A stretch of 64,000 bases of DNA from Akkermansia muciniphila (GCA_945861565.1 CAMAUY010000007.1:3116-67115); one strand, 5' to 3'. Positions 36,958 through 46,446 are shown, numbered from the stretch's first letter. Numbers and translations: made by a program. The notes: generated from the sequence alone by a model not told the origin.

Positions 36958-38988
36958 ATGGAGGGCATGCTGCTTCGAACGTCGTGCGTCCTGCTCGGGA
37001 CGATTGCAACTCTGGTGGCCGGCAGCACGGGCCGGCAGGCGATGCGCGACGAGATGAAGCGCCGGCCCGACGAGCCATGGCCCCGGGGCCAGGGGCACGT
37101 TCTCTTGGCGGTGCCCGGATCGGACGAGGATTCGAAGGCCTATCACGAGCCCGGTGCCGGGTTCAGTCCCGCGTTCGGTAGCTTTGGAGTGTCGATACAG
37201 GTGGAGGACGAAAACGGGCGGCGAATTGCCGCCGGAGACACGGTGCCGATCGGAGAGGTGCGACAACGTTTGGTGTGGAAGAATGCGAAGGACGTTCCCG
37301 GGATATTCACTCGAACCAAGCAGTTTCAGGCGACCTGGAGTCGTGCCAGAAGATCGGGCTGGAATCTTGCAACGAAGGCAACCGTGGGAAATCTCGCGAT
37401 TGTGATTCGGAGTCCGGGTCCCGCGGGCGGGGCGTTGACCAATCTGCATTGGAACGGAAAATCTTTGGTGATCAATGATTACTGGCGCGTGACGCCGAAC
37501 CCGTTGCCGAACGAAATTATCTTGGATGAAGAAGACGGCACGAACCGGGTGGTGGTACGTCGGGAACGTGAGACTTGGAAAATTGCCGAAGGCGTGGAGG
37601 GGTTGGCCAGTGAAAGTTCTTGGCGAAGGGCCCTGTTTCGATTTGGTGACACCGCGGGTCTGCAAATTGAGGCGCCGTCAACGCCGGCTAGTTCGTTAAA
37701 GTTTCAGCGGATCAATCCGGCGCTGGACATTCAACTGCCGGAGGCGCAGTTCATGGAGTGCCTCGATGCACAGGTGGCGCACCTGATGATGGGTCTGGTG
37801 CGAAATGAAACCCGCCCGGGGGATCCCAACAACTATCCGCTCAACTGGTTGCGCGACGGAGCGATGACCCTTGTCGCCTTGGCGCGGGCGGGTCAATTGG
37901 ACGTTGCCCGGCAGCTCTGCGTGCCCTTCATAGAACACGATTTTTTTGGAGGATTCGGATCGGAAGCGGATGGTCCGGGACTTGCGGCCTGGGCTTTGAC
38001 CGAAGTGGCTGCTCTCCTGAGGGATCCGCGATTCGACCAGCAGATCTGGCCGGCGGTAGAGCGGAAAATGGGGTTGATCGACGAGATGCTGCATGCGACC
38101 GGGCCGATCCTAAAGCCTTGGTATGGGCCACTGGTGCCGGGGAAGGCAGAATCGATGCGGCCTGAGTTGGTGTGTGATTCTGCGGCGGAGGGATTGATTA
38201 CGGGGAAGATGGATGGGCAACGCCCGGTCCTCTATGTCAATGCCGTCAGCTATGCGGGTCTTCAGGGAGCGGTCGATTTGGCTCGCCGTCTTAAACAACC
38301 CGCCAAGGCAGAGTTATGGGCTACCGAGTCGAGGGCGTTGCGAACGGCCTGGAACAAGGCGCTGACTTTGGAACGGCACGGCAATGAACGGAATTTCATC
38401 TGTGGACTGCATCCGACGTGGGTGGTTAACGATCCGCGACACTATTTCGAACCCCTGCTGGAACATTGGCGGCTGGTGCACGATCGGAACGATCAATACA
38501 AGGAGCGCCCCCGCTGGACTTATTTTAACGTCGCCGAGGCGAACCAGTGGCTGGTGCTCGGCGAAATAGACCGGACTTGGAGCATCTTACAATGGTTTTG
38601 GGCGAATCAGGCTTCGCCCGGACTGTTCACCTGGTGGGAAGGGACCGGCGAAGAAAACAGCTTCCGTCGATGGGAGAGAGTGCGTGGATGGATGGATCCT
38701 CCCAATGTGACGCCGCACTATTGGACCGCAGCCGAAATGTTGCTCCTGCAGTTGGCGATGTTGGCGTATGTGGATGAATCGGGACCAGAACCCGTGTTGG
38801 TGGTGGGGGCTGGCGTGCGATCCGAATGGCTGGAGGGTACGCTGAAGGCGGGCCGACTTCCGACCAAACTCGGAGTCGTCTCGTGGGAGTGGGACACAAA
38901 ATCCATGCACGTGCGGATACCCGGATTCAAGGGAGATGTCCGACTCGGCCCCCCTTTTCCCGAGGATACCAAACTACGGATCAATTGA
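36958..38988 (+). CDS. hypothetical secreted protein, possible (alpha/alpha)6-barrel glycoside-hydrolase-like C-terminal region
   Basis: Track ORF 36913..38988 (GTG). ATG 36958 gives the signal-like MEGMLLRTSCVLLGTIATLVAGS. The motifs NYPLNWLRDGAMTLVALARAG and PHYWTAAEMLLLQ resemble GH15/GH63-type barrels. This is motif-level only. Confidence 0.6.
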   Translation: MEGMLLRTSCVLLGTIATLVAGSTGRQAMRDEMKRRPDEPWPRGQGHVLLAVPGSDEDSKAYHEPGAGFSPAFGSFGVSIQVEDENGRRIAAGDTVPIGEVRQRLVWKNAKDVPGIFTRTKQFQATWSRARRSGWNLATKATVGNLAIVIRSPGPAGGALTNLHWNGKSLVINDYWRVTPNPLPNEIILDEEDGTNRVVVRRERETWKIAEGVEGLASESSWRRALFRFGDTAGLQIEAPSTPASSLKFQRINPALDIQLPEAQFMECLDAQVAHLMMGLVRNETRPGDPNNYPLNWLRDGAMTLVALARAGQLDVARQLCVPFIEHDFFGGFGSEADGPGLAAWALTEVAALLRDPRFDQQIWPAVERKMGLIDEMLHATGPILKPWYGPLVPGKAESMRPELVCDSAAEGLITGKMDGQRPVLYVNAVSYAGLQGAVDLARRLKQPAKAELWATESRALRTAWNKALTLERHGNERNFICGLHPTWVVNDPRHYFEPLLEHWRLVHDRNDQYKERPRWTYFNVAEANQWLVLGEIDRTWSILQWFWANQASPGLFTWWEGTGEENSFRRWERVRGWMDPPNVTPHYWTAAEMLLLQLAMLAYVDESGPEPVLVVGAGVRSEWLEGTLKAGRLPTKLGVVSWEWDTKSMHVRIPGFKGDVRLGPPFPEDTKLRIN

Positions 38989-39084
38989 AGGCAAAAGTCC
39001 CGCTGGCAAACCTGGGGTGAAATCAGTCATGATTGATTCACCGGCGCGGCGTCGGTTCAGGCGGCGCGCGATTTGTGCCGTTCA

Positions 39085-39114
39085 CGGTGATGGTTAAACC
39101 GGTGATGGTTAAAC
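39085..39114. repeat. perfect 15-bp tandem duplication
   Basis: cggtgatggttaaac occurs twice back-to-back (39085-39099 and 39100-39114). Confidence 0.9.
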
Positions 39115-39133
39115 GTGTTCTAACTTTGGAAGC

Positions 39134-39167
39134 TTAATGAAACGGTATTGTTAATGAAACGGTATTG
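39134..39167. repeat. perfect 17-bp tandem duplication spanning the start codon of the downstream gene
   Basis: ttaatgaaacggtattg occurs twice (39134-39150 and 39151-39167). The first copy creates the mini-ORF ATG AAA CGG TAT TGT TAA (39137-39154), whose stop overlaps the second ATG (TAATG). Confidence 0.9.
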
Positions 39168-40803
39168 GATGGCTGCCTGTGGGATTTTTGGCGTATTGCT
39201 TCTCGGCTGTGCGCTGCTGGTTCCCGCGCATTTTTGCGCGGTGGACGCAGACGTCCTCGAACAAATCGGGCACGGTCAGGCGGGCGCAGTTGCCCCCAGC
39301 ATCATTGAAGATGGCCTCACGTATCTGAGCCTGGAAAAACTCGGCCCGGCCTGGATGCTTCTGCGGGCCGCCCAGTCCGAAAGCGTATCCCGCAGTGATG
39401 AGTTGGTCGCAGCAGTCGCCCGATTTTCCCACGAAAACCCCTCTCTGGTCGCCCTCGGCGGATCGACACCCCTGCTGGATAAAATCGATCTCGGACTGGC
39501 TGACGCTACGGAACCTAGCCCCATTATTGATGTTCTCGCACGACGCGTCGCCCGGGAAAAGGCCCTGGTTTTGTTGGAAACCAGCCGCCGTCCCGGCGTG
39601 CAGCAGATGCTGCGAAACCGCATTCTGACCAACACGGTTCATTTTCCGGCGGCGGTCAACTCCGGCGGGCAGGCGCTCGAGGCGGCGATCCTCACGGCGG
39701 CGCTGCTCAATCAGGGCGATTTTCTCAGCCCCGCCTTCCGCGATGCCTTTGAGTGGCTCTCCATGCGCGCGAACAAGGGGGACAATTCCGGCTCCCTTGA
39801 ACTGGTTTACCTCGACCTCCTCTCGCTGGGCCGGCGGCTCGACTGGGTTTCACTCACCGAACTGTTGCGGCAGGTCGATGGGCTGGCTACCTTGCGTGAC
39901 CTCGCGGAAGCCGTCCGGGCCAATGAAAACTCCCCGGCAAACATCGTTGCTGCCGCTCTCTCACCGGGGCAAGCCGGCGGTGTGGCGAAATTCTTGGCCC
40001 GTTTCCCGGAGACGGGTGTGAACGACGTCAACTTCGCCTTGCGCTGCGGCCGTGGTGCAGTCGAACTGCTGGTCAAGAAGCAGCAGCGTGTTTACTACGC
40101 CGGAGTCCGCAAGCAGGTCACCGGCTATAATCCTTTCCGGGCCGTATTTTTCGGACTGTTTCCGATGGCGGTGGCCTCGCATGTGGCTGCGCTCCTCTTC
40201 AAGTATGCGTTGCTCCTGCTCGCCGCCTTCTGCATCGCACACGGCATCGGGATCATCACCGCCGCCCTCGATCTTCAACTCGGCGCCCGCCTGGCGGCGG
40301 ATGGCGTCTTCGCGTTGGTTTTCGCCTTCGTGGTGGCAGTTGCTATCGAGCCCTTTTTAGGCCTGCCCAGCCAGGCGTCTCAGTTTTCCCTCCGGTTTCA
40401 GATCCCGAACTTGGCGGCTGCGGCCGGAATCACACTCGAACCCCTCACCACATCTCAAATGAATAAACTTAGTCTTGTCTCCTTGATCGTGTTCTTCGTC
40501 ATCCAGGTGCTCATTTACCTCTGGTGCCTGACCAAGCTGTCCGAAATCCGCCGGCAACCGCTGGCCGCGCGCATGAAACTGAAACTGATCGAGAACGAGG
40601 ATCTGCTTTTCGACGCCGGCCTCTATGTCGGCTTCGTCGGTTCGGTGCTTTCGCTCATCCTCATGTCCATTGGCGTTGGCAAAATTTCCATGATGGCCTA
40701 TGCTTCCACGTCCTTCGGAATTATCTTCGTGTCCGTATTGAAGATTTTTCATGTCCGCCCGCTGCGTCGGCAGTTGATCATGGAAAGTGAAGTGCAACCA
40801 TGA
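39154..40803 (+). CDS. polytopic membrane protein with MotA/ExbB/TolQ-like C-terminal helix pair (family unassigned)
   Basis: ATG 39154 (MKRYWMAACGIFGVLLLGCALLV). An N-terminal TM is followed by ~300 aa of soluble helical region and ~5 TM helices. The last pair is LLFDAGLYVGFVGSVLSLILMSIG / ISMMAYASTSFGIIFVSVLKIFHV. Confidence 0.7.
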   Translation: MKRYWMAACGIFGVLLLGCALLVPAHFCAVDADVLEQIGHGQAGAVAPSIIEDGLTYLSLEKLGPAWMLLRAAQSESVSRSDELVAAVARFSHENPSLVALGGSTPLLDKIDLGLADATEPSPIIDVLARRVAREKALVLLETSRRPGVQQMLRNRILTNTVHFPAAVNSGGQALEAAILTAALLNQGDFLSPAFRDAFEWLSMRANKGDNSGSLELVYLDLLSLGRRLDWVSLTELLRQVDGLATLRDLAEAVRANENSPANIVAAALSPGQAGGVAKFLARFPETGVNDVNFALRCGRGAVELLVKKQQRVYYAGVRKQVTGYNPFRAVFFGLFPMAVASHVAALLFKYALLLLAAFCIAHGIGIITAALDLQLGARLAADGVFALVFAFVVAVAIEPFLGLPSQASQFSLRFQIPNLAAAAGITLEPLTTSQMNKLSLVSLIVFFVIQVLIYLWCLTKLSEIRRQPLAARMKLKLIENEDLLFDAGLYVGFVGSVLSLILMSIGVGKISMMAYASTSFGIIFVSVLKIFHVRPLRRQLIMESEVQP

Positions 40804-42227
40804 ACCGCTCGATTCTCATCATCCTTTGCGACTTCCTGCTCGTCACCCTGGTGGCGTTCTCGAACGTCGACTCCGGCAGGTCGCCCCAGATTGATGCCCG
40901 CACCGCAGCCGGGATCCGGGCCGCGGGCGGCGACAAGGATGTCGTCGGCACGCTCAAGCTCGCCCTCGAGGACGAAAAGCAGTCTCGGGAAAAGTTGACG
41001 GCTCACTTGCAGACTTCGGAACAAGCGTTGGCTCAGCACGAACAGAAAGTGAGGCAGTTCCAAGAGAGCCTGCGCAAGGCCGAGGAATTGGCCCGGCAAC
41101 TTGAACAGGAGCGCGCGGCCCTCTCGGTGCAGGCTTCCGTCGCCCAGGCCCGGCTGACGGAAATTGAGAGCAAACTGGCGGCCGCCAGCACGGAGAACAT
41201 CGTCTCGAAGACGAAATTGGAGTCCTTGCAAGCCGACTTGAAACGACAGGAGCGGGAGGCGGAGTCCTTGCAGCTAAAACTGACGGCGACGGAGAGGGCC
41301 GCCGAGATGACGCTGGCCGAGAAGCAGCAGTTGAACGCCCAGCTCCAGGTTTCCGAAGTTGAGAAGCGGTTAACGCGCGAGCAGGTCGCGGAGTTGCGCG
41401 GCACCGTGGCGGTGGAGCGTGAAGACAAAGCCAAGCTCCAGCAGCACGCCACCTCGCTGGCGACCAATGTCGCCTCACTCGCCCAAAAGTCCGTCGAATT
41501 GACCCAGGAACTCCGTGACAACCGTGCGTTGGCTCCGAACGCCATTTATAGCCAATTCCTCAGCAACCGAATCACCGCTAAATTCGATGCCCTGCGGGCC
41601 GGATATTTTGGCCGGGACGTGACCAAGGAGAAGACCAGCCAGTGCGTCATCTTCACCGAAGGCGCACAGAACTACCTGCTATTCCACGTCGATGATACGC
41701 CGTTGACCTTATGGAATCCTGGCACGGATTGGAACAAGCTGTCCGTCATTCTCTCCCGCGGCAAGGTGGCCTTCTCCGGCGTCCGCCTGTCTTTTCTAGC
41801 CGAAGATCCCCGCATTGTCGTGATGCCAATCGGTCTGGCCCAGGCGAAACAATTCAATGTGCAGATTTATCAGGCGGCCGCAGATCCGTTCAGATTCCAG
41901 GAGGCCGTCATCGTGGGAGCCAACGAAGGCTACTACGGCGAGAGCAGATTCCAAATCGACCCGACAACCCCCCACTACGTGAAACTCGATCGTAGTCTCA
42001 TCAGGGGCTTATTCGGGAAGTTTAATCCCTCCCGCGGCGACCTCGTTTTGACCAAGACTGGCGAGTTGCTTGGCATCATGGCGAACAGCGAGTACTGCGC
42101 GGTGCTCAACCGGGTCACCGCCAGTCGCACCATCCAGCTCGGCAGTGACATCTCCGGCCAACAGACAGGTCAGTTGCTCTCCCAGTTGCACGACCGTGTC
42201 GGTCAGATGCCGGTGAAACTGCAGTGA
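40800..42227 (+). CDS. single-pass membrane protein: TM with lone Asp, long coiled coil, globular C-terminal domain (family unassigned)
   Basis: Its start overlaps the upstream stop (ATGA at 40800-40803). N-terminus MNRSILIILCDFLLVTLVAFS. About aa 45-245 are E/Q/K/A/L-rich with heptad character. The C-terminal ~190 aa are beta-rich (..GDLVLTKTGELLGIMANSEYCAVLNRV). Confidence 0.7.
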   Translation: MNRSILIILCDFLLVTLVAFSNVDSGRSPQIDARTAAGIRAAGGDKDVVGTLKLALEDEKQSREKLTAHLQTSEQALAQHEQKVRQFQESLRKAEELARQLEQERAALSVQASVAQARLTEIESKLAAASTENIVSKTKLESLQADLKRQEREAESLQLKLTATERAAEMTLAEKQQLNAQLQVSEVEKRLTREQVAELRGTVAVEREDKAKLQQHATSLATNVASLAQKSVELTQELRDNRALAPNAIYSQFLSNRITAKFDALRAGYFGRDVTKEKTSQCVIFTEGAQNYLLFHVDDTPLTLWNPGTDWNKLSVILSRGKVAFSGVRLSFLAEDPRIVVMPIGLAQAKQFNVQIYQAAADPFRFQEAVIVGANEGYYGESRFQIDPTTPHYVKLDRSLIRGLFGKFNPSRGDLVLTKTGELLGIMANSEYCAVLNRVTASRTIQLGSDISGQQTGQLLSQLHDRVGQMPVKLQ

Positions 42228-42466
42228 CCTCGCGCCGTGTCATGGGGGGCACTAAGAGGTAACACAGGAGGAGTATCGGAGGATGTTGGGGAGCAATCCG
42301 AGTTATTTCCGGGACGGCAGGAATGGCGCGCCGACGAACACGAGCCATTTTTGTCCTACACCCGTGATAAAAAAGTGACCGGCTTATTTGTGGTGATCAG
42401 ATATCAAACCTGTCATTGGTTTATTACTTTTCCTTACTTTTACAAACCAGCGGGAGCAAGAACACC

Positions 42467-43597
42467 ATGAATCCGACGCACAATTTGACTGGGCGGCACA
42501 GAAATCTTCTAGCGAGTCGCCTGAGCGCACTGATCCTCGGGTTGTGCGTGGTCACGACCGGCCGGAGTCTCTTCGCCGCCGCGGATCAGGCGGCAGGCGA
42601 TGGCGCGAAGAAGCCTGTCGAATACGCATGGAAACTGGTAGCGCTCAAAGCGGCGTTCGCTCCGCGTGACGGTGCCGGAGCGCTGTCGTATCGTGGCCGT
42701 ATGTGGCTGCTGGGCGGTTGGAATCCGGGCCGGGCTCAGCGCGAGTTTTTCCCGCGCATTTGCAACAACGAGGTGTGGAGCTCCGCGGATGGCATCGAAT
42801 GGATACCGGTCCGTGCGAATACGTTTAAGGACAAAACGTTTGACGCGACGGCCGACTGGGAAGGCCGCCACACGGCGGGGTACGTCGTGTATCGCGACAA
42901 GATGTGGATTGTAGGAGGGGACGTGAATCAGGGGTATTACCATCACGACGTGTGGAATACCGAGGATGGCAAGACCTGGCAGTTCGTGAATCGAGATCGG
43001 ACGCCGCCATGGGCACCGCGAGCGTTACACTACACGGTCGTGCACGACGACCGCATCTGGGTCATCGGCGGGCAAACGGTGCCCGCCTTCGCGAAGGCTG
43101 ACGAAAAGTTTTACCGCGATCTGTGGACGACACGGGATGGCATCGAATGGCAGGAGGTCAAACCGGAGGAACCCTGCTGGTCAGCGCGAGGCATGATTGG
43201 CGGGAGTGCGGTCTTCCAGGGACGACTCTGGATTCTCGGTGGCGGCACCTACGAGACCCCGCAGGTTCCCGCACGCAAGTTCTACAATGACGTGTGGAGT
43301 TCGGCCGACGGCGTGAAATGGACTCGTCACATTGAATCGGCACCTTGGGCGCCTCGGCAGTACCACGACGTGGCGGTGTGGGACGGGCGGCTGTGGGTGC
43401 TCGAGGGGTACAATGAGGCGGGAGGCAATCGCAAGGATGTCTGGCATTCGGCGGATGGAGTGAACTGGCAGGAGGTCCCGAATACACCCTGGAAGCCGCG
43501 ACACGCCGCGAGTGTCTTCGTGCATCAAGGGGCGTTATGGATGGTGGCTGGCAACAATATGGAGCCGGATGTGTGGAGGCTCGAACGAAAACCCTAG
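42467..43597 (+). CDS. secreted six-blade Kelch-type beta-propeller protein
   Basis: ATG 42467 (MNPTHNLTGRHRNLLASRLSALILGLCVVTTGRSLFAA). Six blade motifs: GRMWLLGGWN, DKMWIVGGDV, DDRIWVIGGQT, QGRLWILGGGT, DGRLWVLEGYN, QGALWMVAGNN. Confidence 0.75.
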   Translation: MNPTHNLTGRHRNLLASRLSALILGLCVVTTGRSLFAAADQAAGDGAKKPVEYAWKLVALKAAFAPRDGAGALSYRGRMWLLGGWNPGRAQREFFPRICNNEVWSSADGIEWIPVRANTFKDKTFDATADWEGRHTAGYVVYRDKMWIVGGDVNQGYYHHDVWNTEDGKTWQFVNRDRTPPWAPRALHYTVVHDDRIWVIGGQTVPAFAKADEKFYRDLWTTRDGIEWQEVKPEEPCWSARGMIGGSAVFQGRLWILGGGTYETPQVPARKFYNDVWSSADGVKWTRHIESAPWAPRQYHDVAVWDGRLWVLEGYNEAGGNRKDVWHSADGVNWQEVPNTPWKPRHAASVFVHQGALWMVAGNNMEPDVWRLERKP

Positions 43598-43604
43598 GCT
43601 TGCC

Positions 43605-44972
43605 TTAAATCAGTTCCTTGAGCGGCTCAATTCCGGGATCGACCAGGTAATGAGGGCGCCCTTGAGTGTCCTGCACTTTCGCTTCGTGCAGATTGATGCC
43701 GAGGTTGTGGTACAGCGTAGCGAAAACTTCCTGAAATTTCACCGGCCGCTCAATTACGTCCGCACCCAGCCGGTCGGTTGAACCAATGACCTGTCCGGTT
43801 CGCATTCCGCCACCGGCGAGCAGGGCGAAGGTCACCTTCGGCCAATGGTCGCGGCTGTTCATGTTGTTGATCTTCGGCGTGCGCCCAAACTCGCCCCAGA
43901 CTACCACCGACACGTCCTTGTCCATCCCGCGCTCGTGCAAATCGGTGAGCAAGGCGGACAAGCCCATGTCGAGATAAGGAAATTCAGCACGCGATTCCAC
44001 AAAATTCATCCCATCGCCACCGTGCCAGTCCCATCGGCTGTAATTGAGCGATACCACCCGTGCTCCCGCTTCGACGAGCCGTCTTGCAAGGAGAAAACTG
44101 CGAACCATTCGAGGCGCGCCATCCCGTCGGTACCGAGGGTCGTCCGGGCCATAACGCTCGACGATGTGCGGGAGTTCTTGCGCGAGATCGAGCGCCTTCG
44201 CCACGCCGCCCCCGGCCAGGAGGTCCAGCGCTTGTTGATGGAATGTATCCATACCCGCCATCACCCCCGTGTTGTCGGCCTCACGATGAAAACGGTCGAT
44301 GGAAGCGCGGAGCGTCTCGCGGTCACGCAGACGTTCGAGCGGGATCCCTTCCAGCGTCATGTTCTCCGCTTTGGCATTCGGATCTTTGGCCACGAGACCC
44401 ATCGGCGCGTGCGCCGGTCCGATGAATCCACCGTTACCGGCCTCCCCCCAGACCCGGTTTGAGGTTGGGTACATGAGAGACAAGTGAGCGGGGACGCCGG
44501 GACGCGCACCCTGGAGTTTCGAGACCCATGCGCCAAAGGCAGGCCAACCGCCCGGAGGAGCCACGCCACGCCGCGTGCGGCCCGTCATGCACTGAAAACA
44601 ATCGTGGTCGCCCTCGGAATCCACAATCGACCGGATGATGGCGAACTTGTCCGCCATTTTCGCGAGTCGCGGAAACAATTCGCAAATCTCCATCCCAGGC
44701 ACATTGGTCTTGATCGGCTTGAACTCGCCGCGCACCTCGGCCGGCGCCTCGGGCTTGAGGTCAAACATATCCAGGTGTGGCGGCCCGCCCGGAAGATAAA
44801 TATTGATGACGGCCTTGTGCGAGGAACCCGTTTTGGCCGTAGCCTCGAGCGCGAGTAATTGTGCGAGCGACAAACCACCCGCCGCCATGCCGCCGATCTT
44901 TAGAAAGCCGCGGCGTGAAATGCCATCACAGTGCGTGCTGGCCAAATCAATCCGTCCAAGAATATCTAGCAT
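43605..44972 (-). CDS. DUF1501 domain protein (paralog of 13191..14528)
   Basis: Start moved to ATG 44970-44972 (MLDILGRIDLASTHCDGISRRGFLKIGGMAAGG), which aligns with MLNLLGQSNRFCDGLTRRNFLRIGTLGMGG of the paralog. The 134-codon upstream extension in the track reads through intergenic DNA. Confidence 0.85.
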   Translation of the reverse strand: MLDILGRIDLASTHCDGISRRGFLKIGGMAAGGLSLAQLLALEATAKTGSSHKAVINIYLPGGPPHLDMFDLKPEAPAEVRGEFKPIKTNVPGMEICELFPRLAKMADKFAIIRSIVDSEGDHDCFQCMTGRTRRGVAPPGGWPAFGAWVSKLQGARPGVPAHLSLMYPTSNRVWGEAGNGGFIGPAHAPMGLVAKDPNAKAENMTLEGIPLERLRDRETLRASIDRFHREADNTGVMAGMDTFHQQALDLLAGGGVAKALDLAQELPHIVERYGPDDPRYRRDGAPRMVRSFLLARRLVEAGARVVSLNYSRWDWHGGDGMNFVESRAEFPYLDMGLSALLTDLHERGMDKDVSVVVWGEFGRTPKINNMNSRDHWPKVTFALLAGGGMRTGQVIGSTDRLGADVIERPVKFQEVFATLYHNLGINLHEAKVQDTQGRPHYLVDPGIEPLKELI

Positions 44973-45331
44973 AGGCGATCCTGCTTCTTTGTGGGCTGCT
45001 TTCGTTAAAGTAAGCCGTGGCTGGGAATGGATGCCAAGCCTCCATTTTGCGAAGTGGGCAGGAGCCATTCGAGGCTCGCGGGTCGATCCGCCCAGAATGG
45101 GCGCATCGATACCCGGCCGATGGCCTGGGCTTAGGGATGACGGCCCTTGGGGCCTGAGGAATCGCACGTTCAGAAAGTGAACAAAGAATCTTGTCTTGGT
45201 CTGCGGATCCTTCCTTTGCTTCTGTCCTTGTTCGAACAACTTCAGGATGCACCCCCTCAGAAGACCCCTCAGACTTATCTGTGGACATCGGCGACCATCA
45301 GCGTTAGTGAACGCGTCGTCGTAGGTACACC

Positions 45332-46414
45332 ATGGCATCCATTCCCAAAATCCCCAGAGCACTCCCCAAAGCACTCCCTAAAGCACTCCCCCAAAGGCAG
45401 TAGCAGCAACGTTCGTGTCGGGCTCGCTGCGGGCGAAATCAAGCAGGCCTTTCTCGATAACCTCCGCTGCGCTCTCGGCCGGCTCGCGGCAACGGCGACC
45501 GTGCACGATCTCTACTTCGCGCTGGCGCTAACGGTCCGCGATCGACTCTTTGCCTGCAGTGTGGAGTGCATGCAAAAGTACGGCGGTTCTGACGCCCGGC
45601 GCGTGGCATATCTCTCCGCGGAATTCCTGCTCGGGCCGCATCTCGCGAACAATCTGCTGAATCTCGGCATCACGGAGGCCGTGCGCGAAGCGATGGAAGG
45701 ACTCGGCTATGATCTCGACGGCATTCTTGCGCAGGAGGAGGAACCGGGTCTCGGCAATGGCGGGTTGGGCCGACTCGCGGCCTGCTACATGGATTCGCTG
45801 GCATCGGTCGAAGTGCCGGCGGTTGGTTATGGGATCCGCTACGAGTTTGGTATCTTCGATCAGATCATTCGCGACGGGTGGCAGTGCGAAATCACCGACA
45901 AGTGGCTGCGGAACGGCAATCCATGGGAAATCGCTCGGTCGGAAATCGCGTAAGAGGTGAAGTTCGGGGGACGCACCGATTCCTTCAGCGACGCGCATGG
46001 CAGACATTGCGTGCGCTGGATACCCGAGACGGAGGTTAAGGGCGTGGCCTATGACACACCGATCTCCGGCTACCGTGTTGGCACTGGTAACACGCTGCGG
46101 CTGTGGAAGGCCGAGGTCGTCGAGTCGTTCGATTTCTCTGCCTTCAACCACGGCAACTACGATCGCGCAGTCGAAGACAAGGTCGAATCGGAGACGATCA
46201 CGATCCCTACCTCCTTCTTGCTGACTATCAGGCCTTCATCGAGGCGCAGGCTCGGGTGAGTGCGCTTTGGAGGGACCCGGACGCATGGACTCGCCAGTCG
46301 ATTCTCAACACCGCACGCACGGGCAAATTCGCATCGGACCGCTCGATTCGCGACTACTGTGAACGCGTATGGAAGGTGAAGCCGCAACCGGCGATCCCAT
46401 GGGCTGCCTGGTGA
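45332..46414 (+). pseudogene. glgP: glycogen/maltodextrin phosphorylase pseudogene (frameshift + nonsense + large internal deletion)
   Basis: N-terminal ~270 aa are recognisable (DLYFALALTVRDRL, EEPGLGNGGLGRLAACYMDS, YGIRYEFGIFDQ). There is a +1 C in the third unit of a 12-bp tandem repeat (45359-45395), an in-frame TAA at 45951-45953, and a junction near 46200 that joins ..[12 protein letters not shown] out of frame to the extreme C-terminus [18 protein letters not shown]...[17 protein letters not shown]. Confidence 0.75.
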
Positions 46415-46446
46415 AGTGAATCCGGTCGAACTGCCGCCTTTCAGCA

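Noticed and set aside
44973-45374. 134-codon N-terminal extension of the DUF1501 ORF (43605..45374).
   Set aside because: The paralog alignment places the start at ATG 44972. The extension covers intergenic DNA containing repeat fragments.
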